From Botryllus schlosseri (taxonomy: Eukaryota): a stretch of 64,000 nucleotides of DNA. Below are positions 52,841 to 64,000 of the stretch, piece by piece (position 1 is the stretch's first letter; every line of letters begins with the position of its first letter). The notes below the pieces were generated by a model. It saw nothing but the letters and a program-made list of their open reading frames with translations, did not search any database and had not been told where the DNA came from. The DNA lies in NCBI GenBank assembly GCA_051294905.1, contig CM119373.1, forward strand, positions 3,412,001 through 3,476,000, written 5' to 3'. The position numbers and the translations under genes are program-made.

Positions 52841-53701
52841 GTAAGTTTACTTGACTTTACAACAGATGGACTTGAACTTATACCAATAATCTAGTTATGT
52901 GACGATCAGTTTACTGCTGCATTTATTGAGTAGTTCTAGTTGCTTATTTTGTAAAGTGATTAGTTAAACTTTAGTACAAGCTGCTAGCTTTGAGAAGTGA
53001 GTAGTTCTAATTCTAGTTGAGCATTTTGAAAGTACAGATGTCGTACAAGTCTCCCTGAAAACTGACACAGTACGGTACCGACCGATATAGTACAAACTCA
53101 ACTGACGTGTATGCTGTTCGACGTAATCACGCTAATACGAACCATTGTAGTAGAATATTGATTGAATTTATCTCCCGTATATCTTTGTATTGTATGATTC
53201 CGATCATTAGCGACAGATGGCTTCCAGCAGAAACACCGATTATGAATTACGGTACCCCAGTACGGCCCGTAGGTCAGTAATCACACAGGCACTTGGGTCT
53301 TGCGTCTTGGTAATTTGAACTATGCGGAAGCAGACGTAAATATTGCACCAACGACATCTGGCGGATTACCTGTACACTATCTATTTTTAATAAAAGCATC
53401 GGATTTCACTCGCTCGATGTTGCTTCTCTGGACCTCTGGTAGTCCTTAGTTGAATATTTTTGAATGCAGTATGGTGTATTATTATTTTTACTCTGACTAT
53501 CATTCTCCAATTAATGTATTACTAATTTCTATGATGTACCGGTATTAGCACAAATTAGCACACTTCTAAAAGCCCTCAAGATTACCGGTTCACGATCTAA
53601 GATATCGGCCTCGCCTGCCTAGTGCCGTTAAATTCCAATTTCATTATCATCGCTTGTCCCTTTATGTTTTCTTATACATAAAACACCTTGTTTTTGTATA
53701 G

Positions 53702-53768
53702 GTTTTGGGATGTCATTGGCAGATATGCGCCTTTCAGAGCGATGGAGTCACAGATCAGCAACACAAAG
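53702..53768 (+). CDS. Exon 2 of the same gene (K-FWDVIGRYAPFRAMESQISNTK)
   Basis: Acceptor tttttgtatag, donor AAG|gtaag; phase 2 in and phase 0 out, both compatible. Confidence 0.75.
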
Positions 53769-53955
53769 GTAAGATTATACGTGATTATACTATATTAAAC
53801 TGCTTAACATGCTGAATGCACGCTTCCACTTGCAGAAAGGCGATTTCAACGTACTATGTACCTCAATGAGTAGAATGACAGACGACATGACGGTATATAC
53901 TTTGACATTGTACACCGTCCGATTCAGCTATAGTTCAGCCACCTTATTTTTACAG

Positions 53956-54129
53956 GTTATGCAGAAGGACATCAAAGCTATCGAAGCCGCGTTGAACGGC
54001 AGGCTGGAACAGCAACAGCAAATTGTCGACGTCACCAGGCGGTGGATAAGGGCTATGGAATTTACGGGAAATAAAGCTATGGTGGATCCGAAAAAGGTGG
54101 GTTCTGATACTGGGCTCCTGGTACTGACG
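53956..54129 (+). CDS. Exon 3 of the same gene (VMQKDIKAIEAALNG...VTRRWIRAMEF...); 3' end is 54096 or 54129; later exons not identified
   Basis: Acceptor tttttacag, phase 0; two in-phase candidate donors, AAG|gtgggt and ACG|gtatgc. Confidence 0.7.
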
Positions 54130-55606
54130 GTATGCGTATGCACAAATCGTGTGTATGTATATCATGGTCATTGTATATGCCGCAAAATATGTAAGGTTAT
54201 ATACTAGGCCTATACGTTCTATATCAACCAGAAGTTGTTATCGACAGTAGAGGCGGAAGTGATGTGTCAATTTTAACTCAAGTACACGTAGAAGTAGCGA
54301 ATCATAAGTAAGTAAAAAGTAATCATTCTAGGCCTAGTTTTGCCTAAAAATCTAAAAACTGCCAAGTAGAAGTAGAAGTCTAAAATGATGACGACCTGAG
54401 GAAGTAATGCGAGTACGCAAAATATACTTGAGTACTTCGAAAAGTAGAAGTACTTCGTTCCCGGCCACCTCTAAAATTGCTACGCTATAGCCTTGACGAA
54501 ATTTCTCTCTATGTAAATACCTTGCTTACTTCAGTATGTGATAGAACAAGTTGAATTGCTTTTATTGTGGGCGATTTTTTTTACTTAAAAAACGGAAGAT
54601 TTTGACCTAAAAATCAAAGTTTTGACATTTTGTGACATTAAAAAATCATAATTTTGACCAAATTTGACCTGAAAAACTTTATTTTTACGAAATCTGGCCC
54701 TGAAGAATTCCAGTAGTTACATTACGCATTACGGTAAAAATAAATGCAATTTTTTGCAATACAACGAAAGATACTTTCCTACATTTTCGGGTAGAAAGTG
54801 TCTGTCCTCACTAAGTAGGTGCCAAGAATGGAGTAAGAACGTTCAACAGCAGCAGTTGTTGGCTGACAACACTGAAGTTGTGCGTACACTGCTGGTGACG
54901 AACCGTGTTGCTTCATTCTGGCAATGGTATCTACATCACATTTTTTCATCATGCGCTTCTTGATATAAGATTAAGGACCATGCAATGCCCACGCAGTCTT
55001 GCTTCAGTTGGGATATTACGATATGTTGAGCATAACACCATGTCAACCTATTTGTTTCATTCGAATGTTTATGAATCGCAATGAGCGGACAATGGGCCGT
55101 CTACAACGGGAGGCCTATAATGTAGGCTACAAGCTGTAAAATGTCAAATGATAAGTTTACAGACAGTGCAAAATCTACGATACAAACGAAATGAAGGTTG
55201 GAAAAAAGCTGTAACTTTGTAAAACATTTTGACATTTTGACCTAATTTTGACTTTTTTGACATGTAAAAAAAATCGCCCTACATATAATCCTGAAACTTG
55301 CGTTCTTATCATTGAAAGGTCACGGAAGGTTCGACAGTTGTCAGCACGAAAACCAGCCAGACACACGGAGTCGGGAAGCGCCAGTCGGAAAGTCGTATCC
55401 CACGCATGAAAGACTCGCCTAGGCCTATTAGTGCTAATCGCGGTGAAAAATGAGATCTGTTCGGTACTATGTCTCGTGTCATTCGTTTTGTAGGACGGGT
55501 TTACGGTGAGGGTTGGGCAGAATTGCCGAATGGGATCAAATTACAAATTGGAATGAAATGTAACATACAGCAAATCTTACTTCAATTTCGTACGCACCAT
55601 ATAGAA

Positions 55607-56937
55607 CAGGGGCGGGCAACATACGGCCCGCGGACAGTTTTCCGTCTTACATGATAATGTGACCCGCGGCCCGGGTCTGCCGAGATTCGCAACTACTTGC
55701 TTACTACGTCAAATTTTAGTGACTGTATGTTATTACATACGCGTGCGAGAGTGGAGCTTGCGCGTAAGTTCGTTGAAGCGAGAAGACTTGCATTATCGGC
55801 ATTTACGATGTAGGCCCACTCAATCCTCATTTCGTTTGTGGTAATCATCAGAGATGAGCATGGATTAGGATTAGGTTTTGAAAAAACAGGATTTGTGAAA
55901 TTTTTTCGGATTTGGATTGGATTAGAATAAGAGATTTTTTTTCTGAACGGATTAGGATTGGATTGGATTTACCGATTTTTTGGGAGATTAATATGTCGTG
56001 TGGCGAATGGCGACAAACTTTATTAAGATCAGTTATTGATGTATTTATAGTACACTACACTATGGTTCACTCGGTGCGAATGAACATGAGAGGTGCAGCC
56101 CTATGCTAAGTTATCTTAATTCAAGAGAATCGTTGGTTGTGAAAGTAAATTTTCCAATCCCTCCCTTGCATAAATATGCATTTTTTCTGAATTTTAAGTT
56201 GGAATCGGATTAGGATTGGACATGGACTTTTATATGAAAAAGTTATGGATTAGGTTTTGGATTTGGATTCGTAGTTTCGGATTTGGATTGGATTAGGACA
56301 TAGAAATTCCAAATCCGCTCATCTCTGGTAATCATGGTGTTTGTCGACTACAATGGTCATTTACACCAGGCTGATATTTCTTATTTTTGATTCCGTGACC
56401 GCCGACTTGTAGCACGGCCCACGTCTAGGCTTTTGTAAGACACCACTTATGCCAGAGGTCGTCAACTCAAAACGGTCGCGGGCCACTTTTCAAATTTCAT
56501 AGAGGAAAACGCGGGCCGCATGAATTCAATATCGAGATTAATTAGGCCACACAGTTGAACAATGAACAACGACGCTATCTCGTCACCTACTCAACCCTAA
56601 TGAATTGATATCTTTGTAAATTTGGGGTACCGGGCTTATCGAACGTCTTGAAATCTTAATTAAGGATTGCACCGTGTGTTGATTGATCAGATAGAATCAG
56701 ACATGGCGGCGCCTGTGTATGACAATGCTATTCTCAAATCCACATTGTCTTCGTCATTATCGGCGAGAAATGGCTTTGAAATGACATTGCTGTCGTTAAA
56801 AGACATTCATTAAGTACGATTTATTCCTTGTACATGTGGATAAATGGGCGAATTATCTATCGATTCAGCAATCCGGCCCGCCAAGTACTTGATTTTCCTA
56901 TATCCAGCCCGCCGACTGGAGAAGTTGCCCGCCCCTG
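55607..56937. mobile_element. Composite hAT-type MITE (sister of 9045-10369)
   Basis: TIR CAGGGGCGGGCAAC; TSD ATATAGAA. Confidence 0.88.
55849..56327. mobile_element. Nested hAT-type MITE with (GGATT)n subterminal repeats
   Basis: TIR CAGAGATGAGC; TSD GTAATCAT. Confidence 0.88.
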
Positions 56938-58254
56938 ATATAGAATGATGAATGTATACGCCGAGCGTGGCTCGTTTCGCACTGTAGCCTACAGATCTCT
57001 TGAAGCATTTGCAGGTAAACCATGAATTTGATTAGAGTTCAAATAAGAGCGTAGAGACATTTCACAGATTAGATTACCTGCGCTTGGCTCCAATTGGTCT
57101 AATTTCAAAATCCCAAGTGTAAATTGTCAGTATGGTTTTGCCTATAATCCACAGGGTTGTAATGTGACCAAGGCACAAGTCAATCTCACTTTTATAGTTT
57201 TGACTCGAGCCAAGTCGAGTCATTTTCAAATCACCACTGGGTCAAGTCCAAGTCGGTGAGTAGGATCGGGTCCGAGCCGTATAGTGCTGTGACTCGCCAC
57301 CCAAGAAGCTAGAAGTGGTTCGTTTCACAGCTGCATCATTAGTTCCGGGATAAGTATTGCAGGTTATTCTTTACGGCCAAGCTTTATACTTATGATATCG
57401 CGCGAGTTCCCAAGTTATATGATATGCACGCGACATCAAGTATCCCTGCCTTGAGGACAACGCCTCTTGAGTGTGGTCGTATATCGCTGTAATTGATATT
57501 AGAGTGCCAACTTGCTTTGAACCAGGGATAGCATATGCCAGTGGGTCCCAACATGGACGGTATCACCCCCAGTGGGCGGTTTTGAGAAGCAAGTGGTCGA
57601 AAATGTCAAATGGGGCGACTGGAGGTCGTTTGGTAGTGAAAATGTTAGAAGGTCCAGTCAGATATATTAAATAAAAACGGTCAAAAAAGCACGTGAAGAC
57701 GGCTCATTCTGCATATGAGTCGATGACGCGAAAAAAGGGCCAACTCAACGGAAAGTAGACGCGGAAGCCGGTTCTCCGAGCACCTATCACCTATCACCAG
57801 CGATCAGATTTAGGTGAATAACTTCCCGATTACATCTATTTATTTTTTTGGATCCATAAATATGGGGGACGAAAATTTACGTCGAGTTTGATAAGGGGGC
57901 GATGAGTCGAAAAAGGTTGGGAACCGCTTTCAGGAGGATTTGTCCTCTTTTTTCAATAAAACCAAAGTGCCCTGCGAGTACGCCCAAATGTTATCTTTTT
58001 TCGTATGTTGACCTGTTTTTTGCTTTGAATTTGATATTTAGTAGATTTTATACAGCGAAGATTAGAAGAACGCCAACCATAGGTACAATCTACTGTGGAT
58101 ACCGTGCTTTCCGGCCTCTCCACGATGTGATGACTAAAAAAATAGGTCAGCTCTCCCGCAATTCGAACTATGTGTATGTACGAACTCCCCGTTTTTATGT
58201 GTGTTATTGTAACTTTTTGGCTTGTAACTATACCAGACTTGTCGCCAAAACAAA

Positions 58255-58628
58255 ACCAGAGAAAAACATTACCGAGAATGGAAATCACCGGGAATAACAT
58301 TGCCGAGAATGAAAATTACCGAGAATGGACACGACCGAGAATAGACATTACCGAGAATGGCTAATGCCAAGAATGTAACTTACTGAGAAGGCGTTGTCGA
58401 GAAATTTATATCTGAGATTCGACACCGAATGTGGCAAAGCCGTCATGCACAATTGCACATACACACGACCTGTGCATACGCATAACATGCCTGCATTGCA
58501 TACACTGCATTCTCGGAAATGTCCATTCTCGGCGGTGTCGATTCTCGGTAATGTCCATTCTCGGTGGCGTCAATTCTCGGTAATAGCATTCTCGGTAATG
58601 TTTTTTTTTTCGGTATTGTCCGGATACC
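58255..58628. repeat. Foldback MITE-like repeat with inverted arrays of (TTACCGAGAATGG)-like units
   Basis: CCGAGAATG units at 58265-58400 are mirrored by CATTCTCGG units at 58505-58615. Confidence 0.7.
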
Positions 58629-59099
58629 GATCAGACGAGTTGACCTCTAATAGGACGTATCGATCATTCCTATCTGATGCCGAATACTATACATGCGTAT
58701 TTTCTGTACCACCAGTATTGCTGCCTGTTTGTTTCGTATTTCGGCTGAATGAAAATAAAGACTCTTTCTCTCCCGAGCATCTCGATACGTAGCCGCAGTG
58801 AAAATTTCATGGTAATGGGGATAGCCGCCCGCAAGGTAGCGCTGTTCACCTGTCAACCTGCTTAATCTGTTTTAAAGCGTCCTCGCGAGGAAGCGCGTAA
58901 ACAAACACAGTCGAAAGATCAAATCGTATGCTACTAAAGGCTACATGTCGGGCATCACTTAGCCGTGCTATGGGTAGAGGTTTCGAATCAAGATAACGCG
59001 CACGATATGCATGTTCGTTTCGATATCCTGTCTGTTTTATTGCATCACATTGTACATTGCTAAAGAACTGAACGCACGAAACAGAGTCGTATAACTACA

Positions 59100-59539
59100 C
59101 AAATTTTAGCTTTTCCAAATTAGATAAGAATTAGAATTATAGCTACTCAAGTCTTTCCAAATTAGACTAGAATTCGAATTTCAGCGACACAGTTTTTCCT
59201 AGTTAGATAAAAATTAGAATTACCGAGTTAGAAAAAATCTTGTAAATGTAACCAAGTTCCGTTCATATCAAATCATTCTCGTAAGCACGAAATTGGCAAA
59301 TGCATGTACTGTACACATTTCACAGCAAGATTGGCTGGTTTCTCATTATACAGTTTTCCTGTAGCCCTCTCAAGAAACCAGAAATAAGATTACAATTATA
59401 ATTAAAGCATAGAAACAATTCCTAAATTGAATTTGAAATCAAATTGCAGCAAATAAACACCTCGCAAATTAGATTAGAATTAGATCACCGCCATTTCGCA
59501 CTAATAAGACAGCTACTATTATCTAGTTGTCCAAGTCTG
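59100..59539. repeat. Member of a dispersed (TTAGAA/TTAGAT)-rich DNA element family with terminus CAGACTTGGACAACTAGA (others ~4570-4810, 6640-6832, 8530-8800, 11440-11572, 20808-21175, 31716-31985, 63853-64000)
   Basis: Recurrent terminus TCTAGTTGTCCAAGTCTG and AAATTAGATTAGAATTAGA motifs. Confidence 0.7.
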
Positions 59540-60794
59540 CCGTGAAAAGAGCATAATGCAACACCTTTAGTCGACCTAGTCAATCGTGAATGGCTGGTTT
59601 ACAGTCATTCCAAAGCGGAGTAATATATACGATTGAATATTACGGTGCTTTTCACCCTGCGGGACGATACGCACTTGTGCGGATGGAAAAAATCGCATTG
59701 CGGATGAGTGGGGATGAAAATCGTACATAATTGTTGCTTTTACTGATGTGGAACAGTTCAAATAAACTTATTAGGAAATTCAAGTGCAGTGGCTCCCTAA
59801 CTTTCGTCGTTCTGACGCAATCGTAAAAACTTGTTTGACTTACGACACACCACTAATCGCAGCTTTTATAATAACTTTGCTCACCAGCCGTGGTGAAATA
59901 ATATTTGTGCGTAATCATAAAAAGTCAGGTTCTCTGAACAGTCATCACATTTTCGTAATAACGGTTCGATTAGCACGGGACACGAAGATAGTAGTAAATT
60001 ATATCATTACAGACTCACATTTGCAAGATACTGTAACGCAAATGATTCCCTGTTTCTTAAAGTGAGTCACGAAGGATATAATTTTGGGTCGCCATTGCAC
60101 CGGAACGATCTGTTAATATGTATGGGATATTTATGTAATATCTTGCAAAAAATTCTTCGCGCCTGGCGCGATATTGCGTGGATAATGTGGGCGTATACGA
60201 AGTCACTGTGCTGCGTGCTATAGCCAATAAGTGAGACACACAGAAAATATGGCTTGGTAATGAAAATGTGCCAACCTTTGTAATACACAACTTGTTTTGA
60301 ATTTATTAATATTTGTCCGATTGGCTTACACTGGAGAACGCCGTCGAAGACTGTCGTGATCAGGGATTTCTGGTCGTGATGCTTTAGTGTAGGGGTGTGC
60401 AGCGGACGGGTACGGTCCTGTACGAGACACATTCCTTTCGGGCCAAACCCTGCAGCATTGGGAAGAAGCTTGGACCAATATACCGCTGCGAAGGTGCGGT
60501 GCCAAAACATTGGCGGCGACAAAACCTTGGCTAAAAATGACCGTCGTCGCTTGTTGGCCAAAACTTTCGATATTGATATGTTCGGTCTTCGAAATCGTCC
60601 GCAGTCGGCACCGAATAGTCCCGTGTTTGCAATCTGAGTAGACAGTGGTAGAAATGCAGGGAAAATTAATTCACCCCGGCTAAAAATCGCGTGCTGGGCG
60701 TTCTTTTTGTTTAACGAACTTCGGTTGGTATGTGCGGATGTAATTGTTTTTGCAAAAAACGTGCGGATGAGGCTCAAAAAGGTCGAAAAACACT

Positions 60795-61023
60795 GGAATA
60801 GTATATTCATATTGAAGCGAGCCAGAATATTTTCGGCTGACACTCGTTAGGTGTATCAACAATCGCATCATTAAATATGGCGTCATCAGCATAAAATTTG
60901 TGATACGGTAGTTCATATACAATGTTCTTTCCAGTTGATTCTCTGGTAGTTCCTGAGATTACCTCTGACGAGTGCCAGCCAAAAATATCCTGGTTCATTT
61001 CAATAAGAATATACTATTTAATT
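60795..61023. mobile_element. Second inverted pair of Penelope pLTR fragments
   Basis: Minus-strand copy ~60795-60898 and plus-strand copy ~60897-61023, both similar to 45405-45553. Confidence 0.8.
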
Positions 61024-62544
61024 GTGCATTGTATGGATACTGAACCCCCGAGAAGCGCTTCAGGAGCCGAAGAATTCATCGCGGTTTTACATAAGAATTT
61101 GTTATTCCTCCGAGACAGCGTCGCGCCGAGCTGTGGTATTGTAATTGAAGAGCTCCTCGGATGAACAAAACTTCAGCATACAATTGGATATCACATTGAA
61201 ATAAACCAGCACTGGTAATGCTACGCCAGATTATCTGCTGATTGCGAACGCCGTTTGCGTTATCTCGCAAGCGCGCCTTCTTTATCGTCATGACAAGTAT
61301 TAACCTGATTATCGATCAAAGAACAGTCGTTAAACCAAGATGACACGAAGCAGACAGGAGATGAAACCAAACATTGCAATCCGCAAGGGATTTCCGTCGC
61401 AATGAAGAATGTAAACTACCATCCGCTTTCGATAACTATAGTCAAACGTAGTGTTGGTGATGGGAGATTTTCTTTCGCTGTGAAGCAGACTTGCACAAGC
61501 TATCAATCTAGTTCATTGACGGCCAACTAACCATCGGCTTTTGAGTATTTCTAGTTCTAGTTCTTCTTGCGCATTTTCAGAATCCAGTAGTTTGCACAAG
61601 ATGATGTTTAACTACGAGGCCGACAGGCCGACATACTCTGTTCGCTAATTTGAACGGATAGGTAATAAGGAAATTAGGGCGTAATTGAACCCGAAATCGA
61701 TCGTACATTATATGGTTATCAGAAGATTGCAGAATAATTATGGAAAATGCATGCTGATCGATCTAAAGATGCGTTATTATCGAGCTGTGAGAACGTCGTT
61801 AATTAATGTAGCATCCAGGACACAAGTATACGATTCCAATCGCAGAGACGCGAGGCTTGTGTCGCAAGCAGACGCAGATGCAGCCGAGAGACAGGGCAGG
61901 GCACATAATTATGTATTGAGTTTACGTCATTCTGGGATGGATGAGAAGCGTGAAAGTGTAGTAAATTCAAAATTACGCCTCTGGTGCGCCGCGCTACGCT
62001 CATTATGTTTATTACGACTTACTATGGGCAGTTGAGCAATCTGAGCATATTCTAGCTCCTCTGCGACGTTTTCGTTCATATGTAGCAACATAATGCTGGG
62101 TGATGTTTAGAACTATCACAATTTAACAACCGCGGGTGCAAGGTACAGGTACAGGTAAATGTTATTTCGCGAATACACAGTATCATTAATCTTCTGCAAC
62201 GTCCTCTCGATATTTGTCGTCTTGCGTGACTTGTATCTGGACTCTGAAGTCGTGCGTTGCCATTGGTCATCACTTACATCGGTTTACTGAAATTCCTAGC
62301 GTTACAGCAGCAGCACAGGAATGACTGAAGATTAAAATATATCAGCATAGTGTCCTACTGTAGTACGCTATATAATATCAGTCTCTACTCACGGGTTAGG
62401 GCTTCCGACACGACAAAAAGGGTTCAAGATGAATAATTGAATATATACGCATCTCTGTTAAAGAACTAGTTCGTAATTGATCGCCATATTAATCGTATAG
62501 TCCTTGTGAATGTGCAATTGTGCATTGTGCATTGTAGTACAATA

Positions 62545-62665
62545 CACGATTGTTCGTATGCAACAATCTTTCCAATTCTGTACTAGTTGCTTAACGATTA
62601 ACCCTGGCGATTGTCAGCCGAAAGTACTCGTATTTTTATCAAAATGAATATAATGTTCAATTGTA
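62545..62665 (+). mobile_element. Degenerate solo Penelope pLTR
   Basis: ctttccaattctgtactagttgc...ccctggcgattgtcagccgaaa is similar to 45459-45513. Confidence 0.65.
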
Positions 62666-63240
62666 TATTGTGCATAGCGCAAGTTCAACTTGCAAGAAAA
62701 TAACTATGCGTCTTTTCAGAATTTTAGACCGTATGTAGCGTACGTCTGCGTTCACAACGCTGAACTGCAGTAAATCTACTGTCAGCTCTCGTATGCTATA
62801 ACGGTGAAGACTGTAATAGCTTTCAGCGACTAAAGCATTTAACGGGTGAGCGACATGGTGTGGAAACTATTTATTACTAGCACTCCTATAAATTATAAAT
62901 GAGTGCGTTTGAAGGGGTTGCGGAGATGTGACGAAATGATTATATTATTACTGCCGGTATATGCCTAAAGTCTACGCTTGATCAATGCTCTCTGGCGATA
63001 CTTGACAATTACTACGCTTTGGTCATACTCATACTGATTTGCGTGGGTTGTATACTGAGTGTAATCAAGTTCAATCAGCGGCATGTGAAGCAAATCACCA
63101 GGATTTCACCCTTTCCATGTCTGGAGGAGTGGGTGTCGAGCATCGAGTCGCTTTTCTACCAACATCCATCGATTATAAATTGAACTTTGCGAGAAGCCAA
63201 ACAGTTAATGAGAGAAATATCATTGAATTAGCCGTCTAGC

Positions 63241-63722
63241 AGAGTGTTTCTCAACCGGGGGTCCGCGAAACCTCCAAATTTGCAAAATGGTTAACAACCG
63301 TATCCATATTTTTTAATTAGAGAGATCACATGGCAGTTTCGCTTCATGCCTGCTTAAACTTCGGGACTCACATTAACAGAATGCTGGCCGTCTGAGAAGA
63401 AATGTTCTACTGAGCAAACTTTTTCAGCAAACTTTTTCAGGATGAGCTGCTAGATAGAAATGACGAGACGTTTAATGTTCTGTTTTTCTCATTTTTTGCC
63501 ATATATATCTTACCCAAAGGTGTTGTCTGAAGACATACGCGTAATTATTACATTCTCCAACACCTTTCTTTATGAAAATAGATTTTCCGCACTTGATCAC
63601 TAGCCTATACATCTAATATTTGCATGATGGTTGCACGATAATTGAGCTAAATTTGAGCCAAAACTTCGGGTTCCGTGACGGTCCAAAGGGGTTCGTGGGG
63701 ACAAAAAGGTTGAGAACCATTG
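63241..63722. mobile_element. hAT-type MITE
   Basis: GTGTTTCTCAACC ... GGTTGAGAACCATTG termini. Confidence 0.6.
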
Positions 63723-64000
63723 ATCTAGTCATTTCACCCCCTGTCTCTCAAAATCGCTTGAGTAAGGGTCAGTATCGTTCATTTAGGAAACACTGATCAA
63801 ACTATTGATGCAGTTGTGCGTAAAGCGCATATTACCCTGATCAGCGTATAAGCAGACTTGGACAACTAGATAATTATAGCTGTCCAATAATACTAATTAG
63901 AGCGAACTACCGGTCATCAAATTCTAATCTAATTTCAGAAATGTTTGTTGGCTCTAATTTCAATTCTGATCAAATTTGTGAAATGTTTCTATGGTCTAAT

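Noticed and set aside
60067..60843. 258-aa minus-strand ORF
   Set aside because: It starts inside a pLTR, runs through MITE-like sequence, and has no recognisable domain or splice signals.
61033..61290. Possible CARD/death-fold-like peptide or further exon (IAVLHKNLLFLRDSV...IEELLG)
   Set aside because: In-frame stops, no convincing splice acceptor, and only an impressionistic resemblance.

Overview
This is eukaryotic (animal, probably marine invertebrate) genomic DNA: AT-rich, with GT-AG introns and dense with transposon relics. Two divergent spliced genes can be built by hand. (1) A complete 6-exon minus-strand gene (37494->19222; 1065-nt CDS, 354 aa, all intron phases compatible) encodes a Zn-dependent medium-chain dehydrogenase. 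Its motifs most resemble, from recall, the bacterial phosphonate-catabolism-associated alcohol dehydrogenase family (HpnZ, TIGR03366). (2) The first three exons of a plus-strand gene (from 52593) encode an unidentified, possibly RUN-domain-like protein. Between them is a ~13-kb foldback-like structure (37808-50834). Its inverted arms contain 21/24-bp minisatellite arrays and it is flanked by a 9-bp direct repeat. Inside it are a 5'-truncated Penelope-like retroelement (GIY-YIG endonuclease plus a minimal hammerhead ribozyme) and a deleted hAT element with transposase remnants. The rest is nested hAT-type MITEs with 8-bp target-site duplications (TSDs), one carrying 28S rRNA fragments, plus tRNA-derived SINEs, CR1/L2-like LINE 3' ends and solo/inverted Penelope pLTRs. 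Most ORF-track entries, including the long repetitive ORFs, are not genes. There is no CRISPR array. All family assignments come from recognised motifs, not database searches.
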